The notes under the pieces: generated by a model
What the model was told of the DNA's origin: nothing
Database searches by the model: none
The model's input: only the letters and a program-made list of their open reading frames with translations
Part shown: positions 12,386-23,174 of the stretch, one piece after another
How the letters are laid out: each line of letters begins with the position of its first letter
How positions within the stretch are numbered: position 1 is the stretch's first letter
NCBI GenBank assembly: GCA_000004985.1
Contig: GG738898.1
DNA length: 64,000 nt
Strand: one strand, 5' to 3'
Origin: Naegleria gruberi
Lineage: Eukaryota
Position numbers and translations under genes: made by a program

Positions 12386-15301
12386 ATGAGAAAAGGTAAC
12401 AAAATGACCAGCCGCTATCATCAGCATCATTGGTCCATAATGATAATGATACTGTTGATTATTTCTTTTTCAATGATTGTTAACATTCATGCTGCATGGG
12501 ATTTTAGTAGATTTTCCACTCACATGGAACAAATTCAACAATTGCACAATACCTTCTTCGCCAATATCAAGGGAGGTGCTTCCACTGCAATCTTATTCAG
12601 AAATGAAACTGTTGGCGAGGTGTTTGCTGGCATTGCTCAAGGAAATCAAAAGCCAACCAGAGATACCAAGTATAGAATTGCTTCAGTAACCAAGACATTT
12701 GTCTCTGCTGCCATGATGGCCTTGAGAGATGAAGGACTCATTGATTTGGATCAATCAGTTTGTGATTTTGTTCCTGAATTTTGTACCTTTCCAAATCCTG
12801 ATGGATTATCTTCCAATTTCACATTCAGACAACTTTCATCCTATTTGAGTGGATTGCCAAGAGAAGCTCCATGTGTTCTCACTGCATGTGATTATTCCAA
12901 TGGTCAAATAATGCAAAGAATTAAGGAGAATGGATTGTTCCTTGTTAGAGATGGTGATCATTATCCAATTTATTCCAATCTTGGATATTCCTTCTTGGGA
13001 CATGCATTGGAGAGTGCTGCCAAGATTAGTTTCGAACAAGTTATTCAGAGTAGAATTTTAGACAAGTTGGGCATGAAGAATTCTGGCTTTGTCAATAAGG
13101 ACAATTTGAACAATCTCATTTTGGCTGAAGGTTATCATGAAAGTGAAAGAATTTACACCAACAACAAGACCATCTCTTGGTCTCAACCTGCTGCTGGAAT
13201 GTATTCTAGCATTGCTGATTTGACATTGTACGTCAAGAATTTGATGAATGCATTTGCAAATTATGGAAACAAGATGGAAACATCCATCATGAGTAGACAA
13301 ACATTGAGAGAGTTTTTGAATGCACAACATGTTCTTCCTCATGGCTCTGCTGCTGTTGGATTGAGTTGGGAAATGGTTCATTATCCATTCTTGGGAGGTT
13401 GGGCCATTATGAAGAGCGGTTTGATTGGTGGTTACAATGCTCAAGTTGTCATGATTCCTCATTGTGAGATGGCTGTCATTACATTGCTTTCAAGAGATGA
13501 TGGTGCACAATCTTTGGCTTTACAATCTGCTGCAACTATTGCTTCTGCAATGAAGGATTACTTGACTGAATTGAGAGAGAAGGAAATTGCTGGTAATTTT
13601 GGCTCTTTAGTCTCACAATACAAACAATCTGGAAATATTGTTAGTTTGGAACTTGGTAATGTCACCAATTCCAACCAAAAGTTACTCAATATTAGAAACC
13701 CAATTAGTTCACTTTCTCAATCTTTCAACTTGCTTCCAAGTAAGGAAAATGAATTTATTATTCAACCATACGATATTCCAACAAGAGTTCAATATGAAAA
13801 GGGATTAGGTGGAAGTAGGGTTATGACAAGAAGTGATCTTGCCAATATCACTTCACCTGATTTTGATTTATTTGCCAACACCCTGTCTACTTCCAACAAG
13901 AGAAACTTGGAAAGACAAGCTATCACCTCTGTTTGTAATCACATTCCAAAGGATGTTTCACTCTCATTGCCAATCACTCAAAGTGATGCTGCTACTGCTT
14001 TGAAAAATTTGGGAGATTCAGTTTCTGCATTTGCTTCTCAAACTGGATCAAAAGTTGCTATCCAAGTTAACTATAAGGGTCAACAGGTTATTATGTTTAC
14101 ATTTGGATCTAGTACTGATTCTACTTCCTTCAATATTGGAACACTTACTCAACTCTTTACTTCCACTGCTATTCTTATTGCCAAAGAGAAGGGACTTATC
14201 AAATCACTCGATGATCCTATTGTTAAATATCTTCCTCAAATTGTTTATCAAGAAAACTTGCCATTTGAGAATAACATGACCATACGTCAATTGATGAATC
14301 ATGCTTCAGGACTTCCAATTATTGCACCTTGTGATGATACTGACACCTGCTCATTGAACTGGAATCAATATGTTGAAAAAACAATGGCTGAACAACACAT
14401 CATTCAACCAAGCTCAACTCTTAGAACATTCTCTACTATTGGATTTTCAATTTTAGGAAGATTGATTGCTTCTTTGAAAGGAGTAGTTTCATTCAATCAA
14501 TTCGTTACTGACAATATTTTGACTCCTCTCAAAATGACTGATTCAGGATTCAAGTCTGCTTCATTCTTGGCCTCAAATTCTGAAATGTATTCATCCATTA
14601 GAGATGTTTCCAAGTTTTTGAATTGTATTTCTGGAATTCATAGGGAATGCTCAATTATTAAGAAGGAATCATCCAGATTACTCCACTTGAGAAATTTACT
14701 CTCCAACGACAAGGCAATGAGTATGTCACTTGGTTCATTTGAGCATGAATTCTCTAATGGCATTTGGTTTGCTTCCAAGTATGGATCTATTAAGGGTTAC
14801 AGTTCCTATGTTGCTATGAATGACGATTTGGATCTCTCTGTTGTTGTATTGTCATCTTCAGATAATAATGTGGGAAAGTATCTTGTCAATAACCAAAGTG
14901 CCATTCCAAACTTGTTCAAAGCATTCACAACAGCACTTCAACAACAACCATCTTTCTTAAAAGCCAACACATCTCTTCCTAGTCAGGAATTGCTTAAGGA
15001 TATGAAGGGTATTTACAAGGTATTCGATCAATTCCTTCTCTTTACTCAATATCTTCAAATTGATTACAATGCTCAATTGGGTTTGATCACTTTTGCATTT
15101 GTTGAAAGTGCTACTCCAGCACAATCTTCTGCATCTCCAAACTTTGTTTTGGAAATGATATCACCACAAGATAATCTCACTTACAAGGTTAAAACATTGA
15201 GCACATTGTCTTGTATGGGAAATGTNNNNNNNNNNNNNNNNNNNNNNNNNNNNNNNNNNNNNNNNNNNNNNNNNNCAGGCATCCAATGCATTATTGAATA
15301 G
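12386..15301 (+). CDS. Membrane-anchored or secreted protein with two tandem beta-lactamase/esterase-fold (LACTB/PBP-like serine hydrolase) domains. The second domain appears catalytically dead. A 50-N assembly gap at 15226-15275 makes the C-terminus uncertain.
   Basis: The first ATG of the ORF at 12335..15301 is at 12386 (the ORF track started it at TTG). It has an N-terminal hydrophobic anchor, SIMIMILLIISFSMIV. Domain 1 has the S-x-x-K catalytic motif in YRIASVTKTFVSAAMMALRDEGLIDLD. Domain 2 has the equivalent position as IGTLTQLFTSTAILIAKEKGLIKSLDDPIV, with Ser→Thr and Lys→Gln. Confidence 0.65.
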   Translation: MRKGNKMTSRYHQHHWSIMIMILLIISFSMIVNIHAAWDFSRFSTHMEQIQQLHNTFFANIKGGASTAILFRNETVGEVFAGIAQGNQKPTRDTKYRIASVTKTFVSAAMMALRDEGLIDLDQSVCDFVPEFCTFPNPDGLSSNFTFRQLSSYLSGLPREAPCVLTACDYSNGQIMQRIKENGLFLVRDGDHYPIYSNLGYSFLGHALESAAKISFEQVIQSRILDKLGMKNSGFVNKDNLNNLILAEGYHESERIYTNNKTISWSQPAAGMYSSIADLTLYVKNLMNAFANYGNKMETSIMSRQTLREFLNAQHVLPHGSAAVGLSWEMVHYPFLGGWAIMKSGLIGGYNAQVVMIPHCEMAVITLLSRDDGAQSLALQSAATIASAMKDYLTELREKEIAGNFGSLVSQYKQSGNIVSLELGNVTNSNQKLLNIRNPISSLSQSFNLLPSKENEFIIQPYDIPTRVQYEKGLGGSRVMTRSDLANITSPDFDLFANTLSTSNKRNLERQAITSVCNHIPKDVSLSLPITQSDAATALKNLGDSVSAFASQTGSKVAIQVNYKGQQVIMFTFGSSTDSTSFNIGTLTQLFTSTAILIAKEKGLIKSLDDPIVKYLPQIVYQENLPFENNMTIRQLMNHASGLPIIAPCDDTDTCSLNWNQYVEKTMAEQHIIQPSSTLRTFSTIGFSILGRLIASLKGVVSFNQFVTDNILTPLKMTDSGFKSASFLASNSEMYSSIRDVSKFLNCISGIHRECSIIKKESSRLLHLRNLLSNDKAMSMSLGSFEHEFSNGIWFASKYGSIKGYSSYVAMNDDLDLSVVVLSSSDNNVGKYLVNNQSAIPNLFKAFTTALQQQPSFLKANTSLPSQELLKDMKGIYKVFDQFLLFTQYLQIDYNAQLGLITFAFVESATPAQSSASPNFVLEMISPQDNLTYKVKTLSTLSCMGNXXXXXXXXXXXXXXXXXXGIQCIIE

Positions 15302-15418
15302 TTTCCTCTTGTACTGTTTGATGGTTGCATTCATGTTTGTAAACTTGTAAAAAATTCCTTAATAAATTGTATTTACTACACAATTTTTCAACTCGGTAGA
15401 GGAATAATTGGTGCAATA

Positions 15419-16627
15419 TCATTCATTACATAGTTGCGTAAGGTTTTTCAATTTGGAAATTTCTTTCAATCCTGTCGCATCAATCCTAATATAATTTTTA
15501 GAAATATCAAGTGAGGTGAGGTTGAAAAGACCTGTTCCAATATACTTTGCTCCTTCTGAACTGATATTACACCAACTAATATCAAGTTTTGTCAATTTTG
15601 TCATTGTGGATATTTGTTTTGCTCCTTCAGTGGATAATCTATTACCAAATATTGACAGGCTAGTCAGATTTTCCATTGAGCTGATTATACTTGCACCAAT
15701 GCTATCTATGTTACAGTTTGCAACATTTAAGCTCGTAATTCCTTTCATTCCATTAATCAATTTCAAACCTGAAATACGAATAGTATTTTCCGAAATGTTC
15801 AGGAGTTTCAATTTTTTCAATGGTAACAAAAAATTGACATCCGTTAACTTATTGTAAGAAATACCTAGAGAGGTCAAATTGGTAAAGTTCTTGATTACTT
15901 CGGCACCTGATGCTGCTATTCTATTTCCACTAATATCTAGGAATGTCAAATTGGTGAGATTACTCAAACATAGAGCTCCATCTGCTCCAATACTATTATC
16001 AGAAATGTCCAATTCAGTCAGTCCAATTAATTTTCCAATATCTTCCGCACATCTATTATCAAAACGATTTTTTGAAATGTTTAGTGATAATAAATTTGTC
16101 AGTGAGCTTGTATTTTCACATTTATGCATTACATTTTTGGAAAGGTTTAGCTTTCTCAAACCTTTTAGCCTTCCAATCCATTTAATTTCCTTTTCTAATG
16201 CAAGAAATCCGATCACTCTTTCCATATCCAATGATTGAATTCTTTCAATAAACAATTTTTGTTCTGAAGTTTCCTCTAAATTCGAATACTTTCGTAACAT
16301 GCTCCTAAATCTCTTCCAAGCTGACCAATCACTTATTTTCACATCAAAGACATGTCTTGTACAAGCCACACGAAACCACTGTTTAGAAATTAGAAAACAA
16401 TTCCTAATCACCTCCTTCGATGAAAAATATTCCATCACTTCGTAACAAACATCATCGGAAAATTCCAAACGATGATCAATTGTTCTTTCATCACTAATTT
16501 CCGATAAATTAGGCTTGATTTTTTTGATGATTGAATCGGAAGAGCAAGAGGTTATTTGTGCTTCGAGATTTCTTTTCATTTTTTTGAAGTAATCCAAAAT
16601 TGGATTTACTACTTGATTGAAAAACAT
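15419..16627 (-). CDS. F-box-like / RNI-type leucine-rich-repeat protein.
   Basis: The ORF is at 15419..16678 and the first ATG is at about 16627. It has the F-box-like block DDVCYEVMEYFSSKEVIRNCFLISKQWFRVA, followed by more than ten LxxLxLxxNxIgxxGa repeats such as LTELDISDNSIGADGALCLSNLTNLTFLDISGNRIAASGAEVI. Confidence 0.6.
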   Translation of the reverse strand: MFFNQVVNPILDYFKKMKRNLEAQITSCSSDSIIKKIKPNLSEISDERTIDHRLEFSDDVCYEVMEYFSSKEVIRNCFLISKQWFRVACTRHVFDVKISDWSAWKRFRSMLRKYSNLEETSEQKLFIERIQSLDMERVIGFLALEKEIKWIGRLKGLRKLNLSKNVMHKCENTSSLTNLLSLNISKNRFDNRCAEDIGKLIGLTELDISDNSIGADGALCLSNLTNLTFLDISGNRIAASGAEVIKNFTNLTSLGISYNKLTDVNFLLPLKKLKLLNISENTIRISGLKLINGMKGITSLNVANCNIDSIGASIISSMENLTSLSIFGNRLSTEGAKQISTMTKLTKLDISWCNISSEGAKYIGTGLFNLTSLDISKNYIRIDATGLKEISKLKNLTQLCNE

Positions 16628-16746
16628 TAATATTAATGGTTCTCTCCGAATGATAAACAAACCAAAAAGTGGTGCCAAAAGAATGAAAAAAATTAAGATG
16701 TTCCCAGTTGTTTTTGTTATCTGATTATTTAATCAAGCAATATGAT

Positions 16747-16837
16747 GGTGAGTTGGTCGAGTGGTCTAAGACGACACGTTAAGGTATGTTTAATACCGTG
16801 TTCCGCAAGGGCGTGGGTTCAAATCCCACACTCATCA
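16747..16837 (+). tRNA. tRNA-Leu (anticodon AAG, type II long variable arm) with an 11-nt intron at about 16785..16795.
   Basis: The sequence is GGTGAGTTGGTCGAGTGGTCTAAGACGACACGTTAAGG[tatgtttaata]CCGTGTTCCGCAAGGGCGTGGGTTCAAATCCCACACTCATCA. The anticodon loop TTAAGGC equals the human tRNA-Leu-AAG loop. It has the GAGTGGTCTAA D-loop, an A73 discriminator and a following T-run. Confidence 0.8.
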
Positions 16838-16838
16838 A

Positions 16839-16842
16839 TTTT
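16839..16842 (+). terminator. Pol III terminator T-run 3' of tRNA-Leu.
   Basis: The tRNA 3' end is followed by aTTTTg. Confidence 0.45.
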
Positions 16843-16936
16843 GCCTCCCACAATTATTAATATATACATCATCAATATTTGCCTCGAATCAATATTATTG
16901 GATTTTTAATAATAAATTAATACCAAGTCTATTTCT

Positions 16937-19900
16937 TTATTCAAAAATCTCATCTTCAACAACTGCTTTTACATGGTGCTTATCTGACAACAGATACGTG
17001 TTGCATAACCCTTTTCCTTTAACTTCGACACTTCTTTCCTCAAATTCAAATCCAATATGCTTCACTCTTTCATAAGTTGATAGTGAAATTTGAATCCTTC
17101 CTGAAAGTGATGTCGATTCCATTCTAGATGCTGTATTAACAGCATCACCCCACAAGTCGTAGGCAAACTTTTTTGTTCCAATTACACCAGCTACAGATTC
17201 TCCAGTATTCAAACCAATTCTAATATTGATCTGATGCCCAAATTCTAGTCGATGTTCCTCATTGTAAGATCTCACCACCTGAAAAACGTCTATGGCAAAT
17301 TTGAGTGTTCTTTCTGGATGGTCATCCTTTTCTGAGAGCTTGATTCCACCCACACAAAAGTAGGCATCACCAATGGTCTTGATCTTTTCCAAATTGTGTT
17401 TGTCAATGAGGGCATCAAAGCCATTCACTACATTATTCAACATGCCAACCAATTGAGTTGGATTAAGAGTTGAGGACATTTTCGTGAAACCGACCATATC
17501 AGAGAAGAAACAAGTCATGTCATCAAACTTTTCTGCAATAAATGTATCTCCAGATTTCAATCTACTTGCGACACTCTCTGGTAAAATGGATCTTAACAAG
17601 TTTTCAGACTTTTTCTTTTCTTCAGCCAAGAGAGCGAGTTGTTTCTTGTCATTGGTCACGTCCTTAATGAAACAAGTAATAACAGGCTTGTTATCAAAGA
17701 GTGTGGAAAATAAATTGACCTTTGCTGGAAATTTAGTTTGATTCTTTCTCAAACAATCTAAATCTACAGTTTCACCTTGAGATTCCTTTGTGGTGAGAGT
17801 TGATTGAATTAATTCGGAGATTAATCGGCTCAGCTCGTCTCTATTGTTCCTGTCGAAGAGACTTGTGAGTGAAGTACCAAGGGTATCACTTTGTTTGCAA
17901 TTGAACATTTTCTGGGCTGCTGGATTGAAAATTTCAATTTCACATGCACTATTGCAAAGAACTGCTCCGTCAACAACAGAATTGAGAATATTTCTCACTT
18001 TGGATTCATCACCTGTTCCTTTAGAAATATTCTTCTTCTTTCCAAAAAGTGATCTACTTGGAAGTTTCTCATAGAGTACGTACTCTCTTAGCTCATCAGA
18101 TAATTCCAACTCTTCATATTGAACATAGTTTAAAAGCATTCTCATGTGTTCCGTATTTTTCGAATGTGATTTGAAAATACTTCTCAACATTAAAAAGATT
18201 GAAACAATGCAGATAGCACCAAGCACTCCAAAAACAATTACCATTGAGACAGAAGGAGTGGAACGAGTGATGGTGAATAATGCGAGGAATTCCAGCAAGA
18301 CTATACTAATGGTATGTGCCAACTCATCAATTTGGAAATGTTTCTCCAATAATTGAGAATCTGAGTAAATATTCTTCATCAAGTCTTCATTTAGCTTTAC
18401 ACAACTCACCACGAATTCATCTACAATAGATTCCAAGCTGGAGCAGTTTTCACAAGCTTTAGTGGTGATAATTTCATCAATTCTTGGTACTATTCCCAAA
18501 ATGGAAGGTGAGACTCCAATCTTTCCATAAATCATGTCATTATATGTAGATCTAAGATCTGTTACATTGAATCGGATATCGTCTTTGAATAAATTTAAGG
18601 CTGAGTCATTGAACAGAGTTTTTGAATTGAAAAGTGAGCTCGGTAAATTACTGAAAGTCAATTCACCCATCTTGAATCCAATATTCTGAGTCAAAACAAG
18701 GGTCTCTGTTGTTTGTTTGACACTCAGCATGGTAGAGTAACCCAATTCTGAATTCAATACCAACTCGGCAAACATCATAGATGCACATAATAAGGAAGCA
18801 AGAGCCATAACAATGAAAATTAAATATCGAAGCATATTTCTCTTCCTGTTGAAGGTGTTCAAAAATTGAGACGAGTTACTGTGTGTGTACTTTCCCAATT
18901 CGGTATAAATATTCGAGATGAGCTCCTTCTTGATGTTCTTCTCGTAAGTTTTCAGAGTTCTTCCAATCTGAGAAAAGAAAATCTTCATGTACAAAAGGAA
19001 AGAAACAGCACAGATAACATAGACTCCACCAATGCTCACGAAAAAGTACAAGTAATCATTTGTAAATGTGTTCGCATTTACCTTGCATCTTTCAATGAAA
19101 TCAAAGCAAATTTCTACAAAAGCATTTGTAAAACTATTGTAATTGAGATAGAGAATCATAAAGTTGTAAACATCAACTGTAGAATTGAAACCACTACTAG
19201 GATAGGACTCCACCAAGTGCATAAGAATGGAGGATATTTCTGAGAGTGAAACATTTTTTACAATGAAACTGTCATAATATCCACTGCTTCTTTTGTTTAC
19301 AGTTGGAAGATAGAGCTTTTTTGTTTCTCCATTGTAGTCGTCATACATTTCAGGTGTGAACTTTCCAATCTTTTTTCCTTGTGACATTAGTTTAACATGC
19401 TCAATGTGTTCAACGTAGAAATCAACCCTTTCCTTCAATAATTCAGTAATTTTCTCCACCGATTGATCACTCTGTTCCAATGATAATACCATTTCATGAT
19501 AAATTTGAGGAAGTGCCTTCTGGAGCGAAACTGAATTTTGAGACTGACTCATCTGCAACACTATTTGCTGATTTCTAATCTGTTTGAAAATTGCATAACT
19601 TGAAACTGTTGGCTCGCAAACTTGCTGAACGAATTTCACATCAGCTAACACTCCATCAGAGAATACCAAACTCAATACTGCCGCACAAATCAGGAAAGCT
19701 GCAGAAAGAAGGCAAAAACATAAGGCAAGACAAATATTGAACTCGTGTCCAATTGGTTGTGCAAGAGCCATCTTGAATTTTTGATCTCTCTTTAAACTTG
19801 GATCTTCCTCCACACCATTCAAAAGTACATTCTCTGATATATCATCCAAATCCACTTCTACAGATTTATCATTCGCCCTATTATTATACAAGCCCTCAAG

Positions 19901-22015
19901 AAAGGCGATACTCTCCCCTCCTACTGCAGAAGTTTTCATTGCTTCCACTCGTTTTGCCTTCTTTGATTTTCTTAACAAGTTTGCTGCTTCTTCCTCTTCA
20001 AGCTCGTGTGCTTCAGAGTAGAATTCATTTGCAGTTTCTGAATCGAACTTGACCTCTTCCAAATATCTTGCATAAATTCTCAAGAAGGACTTGTTCATCT
20101 TGAAAGCTGAGAGTCTGTTTGAAAATGCAGTGTCCAAATCATTCATGATGGCTGTGCATTGTGTATTGATGATTTCTAATGTTTCCACATTCACAATATC
20201 ATTCATCATTTCCTTGAAGAATTCTCTATGGAGTGCTTTGAATTCTTTCAGTTTGGAGTCTAAACGAGAGGCAAGTTGTTCTGCATCGGTATGGATAGCG
20301 ACAACTGGTTTGTTCTCCTTCTTGTTAATTTCCTTCATCAAATCATGACAAGCAATCTTGTCAGTGAGTGATGTACTTATTCTACTTAGTTTTGTCATTA
20401 GTGAGAGGGAATAATTTGTGGCTCTCTCCTCTGTCATGCAGTAATAGACCAATAATGTGGCAAAATATAAGGTTATTGGATTTGCCAAAACTCTACTACT
20501 ATGAGCCCCCTTAATGAGTGCCAGAGCCATGTCAGTATCTGTGAGTGAGCTATTTGGATCCTTTGGTTTTTCCTCATAATTTGTTGCTCTCTTACGAATA
20601 ATATCAACTGAGAAGCTAAAACGGAGAAAAATATTCAGTTGATTTGTTAGTTGTTTTTCTGAAATGTAAACTAGTATTGAGGTGGCTTTCTTTTCAATGA
20701 GACTTCGTATAGTCTCATTAGAAAGACTCTTTATAAGATTTGATTCTTTAGAAGAACTCAAATCCTCATATTGCCCACCTTGTGTGAGAATAATCTGTCC
20801 AATTCTTCTCTTGATAATTCTAATGTAAGCTTCCATAGCTATAATTCCTCCAACGAATCCAATGACAATCAACCCTAAGGTAAGACCCATCATTCCCAAT
20901 CCAAAATCCCATTTCACTGAAGTGTTAGTTAAAGAAGATATTAATGATCCAATGGCACCTCCAACTTTTGCTCCTGCAATTCCTGAATAAATCGAATTTT
21001 CCCAAGACTTTTGGAATGGAAGAGATAGAAACAAAGGAATAAACCATGAAATAGACATGACCAAATGCACAATTGCTCTCCCAAAAACTTTTTGAGAGGG
21101 TATAAAGAAAATAATGAACACTTGTGAAATATTCGTGATGGAGAAGAATGTTAAAGGCCAATCATAAACCGGTTTGAAAACAAGAGAGCTATCCCATGTA
21201 GGAGAAAAACTAAAACGTGTCGCCATTATACTAATGCACAAAGTGATGAAGGCAACAATTGAGAATGCATAAAGAGTTAAATTTGAATTTCCAAAACATC
21301 TCACACTAGAAAATCTCTGCAATGCATAATCTGAATTATCAATCTCCTCAAAGTATACTGTCTTTGAATAATCACATTCGATAAAACTTGTCAAAATAAA
21401 GGCAAATATCATTGATAACCCATTCATGAAAAAGCCAACAAATAGTAATAGATTCTTCAGTTTCTCCATGTGCTTACTAGCTTTAAAAACTCCCCAAGCG
21501 GAGAACATGACCACCAACATGGCTATAAAACAAATGGTAATGACCAAACTAGTGATAACAACCATAGCATCATAGGGTACTAAATCCAATGAGAGTGTAA
21601 TTGGATAATTGAGAGCACGAAAAACCCACTCTCCATACTCTCCAAAATTAAAAGATCCCAACGTTGAGACCCAAACACTAGTCCACAATATATACAAATT
21701 ATACGCAACAGATAATAAAAGCTGTTTCCATCCTCTCCTCTGTTTTCTATCTTTCATTGATGAGATGAATGTAAAGATTGCCTGTTGTCCATTCCTCATG
21801 ATTGACGAAGTGATTGATGAAGATCGTCCCGTCTGATGACTTGTCTCACTCTCCACTATACTACTTCCATCGAAAACTTCATTTTGAGGCCTCCTTATTC
21901 CCTCAAAGAGAACTGTTGAATTATCTATTGATGCTGCTTGTAGTTGATGATGAGAAACCCCACCCTGAATAAGTATACTCGTTCGCGGAGAAACAACAAC
22001 ACCAGAATGTTCCAT
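16937..22015 (-). CDS. Large multi-pass membrane nucleotidyl cyclase, intron-free, 1692 aa. It has two clusters of TM helices, a PAS-like domain and a C-terminal class III adenylyl/guanylyl cyclase catalytic domain.
   Basis: It has a genuine ATG at 22013-15. The PAS-like region reads ...VVDGAVLCNSACEIEIFNPAAQKMFNCKQSDTLGTSLTSLF.... The cyclase domain reads FTPEMYDDY..., DMVGFTKMSS, KIKTIGDAYFCVGGI, and GLNTGESVAGVIGTKKFAYDLWGDAVNTASRMEST, the class III CHD signature. Confidence 0.8.
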   Translation of the reverse strand: MEHSGVVVSPRTSILIQGGVSHHQLQAASIDNSTVLFEGIRRPQNEVFDGSSIVESETSHQTGRSSSITSSIMRNGQQAIFTFISSMKDRKQRRGWKQLLLSVAYNLYILWTSVWVSTLGSFNFGEYGEWVFRALNYPITLSLDLVPYDAMVVITSLVITICFIAMLVVMFSAWGVFKASKHMEKLKNLLLFVGFFMNGLSMIFAFILTSFIECDYSKTVYFEEIDNSDYALQRFSSVRCFGNSNLTLYAFSIVAFITLCISIMATRFSFSPTWDSSLVFKPVYDWPLTFFSITNISQVFIIFFIPSQKVFGRAIVHLVMSISWFIPLFLSLPFQKSWENSIYSGIAGAKVGGAIGSLISSLTNTSVKWDFGLGMMGLTLGLIVIGFVGGIIAMEAYIRIIKRRIGQIILTQGGQYEDLSSSKESNLIKSLSNETIRSLIEKKATSILVYISEKQLTNQLNIFLRFSFSVDIIRKRATNYEEKPKDPNSSLTDTDMALALIKGAHSSRVLANPITLYFATLLVYYCMTEERATNYSLSLMTKLSRISTSLTDKIACHDLMKEINKKENKPVVAIHTDAEQLASRLDSKLKEFKALHREFFKEMMNDIVNVETLEIINTQCTAIMNDLDTAFSNRLSAFKMNKSFLRIYARYLEEVKFDSETANEFYSEAHELEEEEAANLLRKSKKAKRVEAMKTSAVGGESIAFLEGLYNNRANDKSVEVDLDDISENVLLNGVEEDPSLKRDQKFKMALAQPIGHEFNICLALCFCLLSAAFLICAAVLSLVFSDGVLADVKFVQQVCEPTVSSYAIFKQIRNQQIVLQMSQSQNSVSLQKALPQIYHEMVLSLEQSDQSVEKITELLKERVDFYVEHIEHVKLMSQGKKIGKFTPEMYDDYNGETKKLYLPTVNKRSSGYYDSFIVKNVSLSEISSILMHLVESYPSSGFNSTVDVYNFMILYLNYNSFTNAFVEICFDFIERCKVNANTFTNDYLYFFVSIGGVYVICAVSFLLYMKIFFSQIGRTLKTYEKNIKKELISNIYTELGKYTHSNSSQFLNTFNRKRNMLRYLIFIVMALASLLCASMMFAELVLNSELGYSTMLSVKQTTETLVLTQNIGFKMGELTFSNLPSSLFNSKTLFNDSALNLFKDDIRFNVTDLRSTYNDMIYGKIGVSPSILGIVPRIDEIITTKACENCSSLESIVDEFVVSCVKLNEDLMKNIYSDSQLLEKHFQIDELAHTISIVLLEFLALFTITRSTPSVSMVIVFGVLGAICIVSIFLMLRSIFKSHSKNTEHMRMLLNYVQYEELELSDELREYVLYEKLPSRSLFGKKKNISKGTGDESKVRNILNSVVDGAVLCNSACEIEIFNPAAQKMFNCKQSDTLGTSLTSLFDRNNRDELSRLISELIQSTLTTKESQGETVDLDCLRKNQTKFPAKVNLFSTLFDNKPVITCFIKDVTNDKKQLALLAEEKKKSENLLRSILPESVASRLKSGDTFIAEKFDDMTCFFSDMVGFTKMSSTLNPTQLVGMLNNVVNGFDALIDKHNLEKIKTIGDAYFCVGGIKLSEKDDHPERTLKFAIDVFQVVRSYNEEHRLEFGHQINIRIGLNTGESVAGVIGTKKFAYDLWGDAVNTASRMESTSLSGRIQISLSTYERVKHIGFEFEERSVEVKGKGLCNTYLLSDKHHVKAVVEDEIFE

Positions 22016-22448
22016 TGTTTTTATGGTTGTTGTTATTTGGTGGCTATGGAGAAGTATTAATAATAATAATGATGATGAATAATATGATGGTGCGAAGCGT
22101 TTTTTTAAGGTTCTGTTTTAATGACTCTCTCGAGAATCTCTATTACGATTATTCGAGAGTGCACGGCCACGACACAGTTTGTGTGTTATTTCAAGTTTGT
22201 AAATAAGTGAGAGAGTTTGAAAGGTAGTGAAAGAGAGTCATTCATATTAATAAATTAATACAAATTTATTAATTAGTGGGACAAATCAAGAAGTAAATTT
22301 TCTTGGAATCATTTGATAATGGTACATAATATTGGTTGGATTAATCCTCTGTGCTTTCTAATGGTTGAATTGGTCCATTGATTGGAATTTCCATAGTATT
22401 GGTAGTATTATTGGTTTCAGGGTAATTGCAGTCTATGGAATTAATAGT

Positions 22449-23174
22449 CTATGGAGAAATCCTGACCCATCCTTGATCGACCAAAATATTTGAATCATAG
22501 ACAGCAAATTCCTTTTCACTTTCAGCAATTTCAATTTCACCACCTCCATTTTCAAAATGAGTTTTTAGTTTGGCCAAAAATTCCTTGTGAAAGGTATCAC
22601 ATTCTTCCTTTGGAGTTGGGCTAAACCATCTGAAAGTGAGCAAATGTCCACAAATATCATAATGTTTACCAAGTAAATTTTGGCTTCTAGCAACTTCTTC
22701 CTTGATTAACAAACTATCCAAATGGGCCAATTGAGCAACTCTATCTTGACCTCTCAAATAAATCTTGGTATGATATTCAAAATATTTCATATCATTACCA
22801 CTTGAAGAATCAGAGCTTAAATTCTTTTCAATATTCTTACAATTAGCCATAGCTTCCAATTTAACTCTTAACAATTCAAAACCATTATTTTTGATAGTAT
22901 CAGCCATACCAAGAATGTGTTTCAAAACATCAGATTTCTTACCACTATGATAGGAAGATGACATTAATTCTTGTGGTCTATTTCTGATGGATTCAACTGG
23001 ATAATTATCTTCAGAAGGATACAAGACCAACACTGGTTTACATTTTAATTCTTCTCTACATAATTTGGAAAATCTTTCAACTTGTTCGGATGACGGAGTC
23101 TTTCCATCCATATGGTTCTTGACAGTAATATGACATCCGAAGAGTCCTGATATTTCTTCAACTACGTTGCTCAT
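22449..23174 (-). CDS. Hypothetical 241-aa protein with no recognisable domain.
   Basis: It is an intact ORF with a true ATG at 23172-74 and an A-rich upstream context. Its composition is protein-like and not low-complexity. Confidence 0.4.
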   Translation of the reverse strand: MSNVVEEISGLFGCHITVKNHMDGKTPSSEQVERFSKLCREELKCKPVLVLYPSEDNYPVESIRNRPQELMSSSYHSGKKSDVLKHILGMADTIKNNGFELLRVKLEAMANCKNIEKNLSSDSSSGNDMKYFEYHTKIYLRGQDRVAQLAHLDSLLIKEEVARSQNLLGKHYDICGHLLTFRWFSPTPKEECDTFHKEFLAKLKTHFENGGGEIEIAESEKEFAVYDSNILVDQGWVRISP

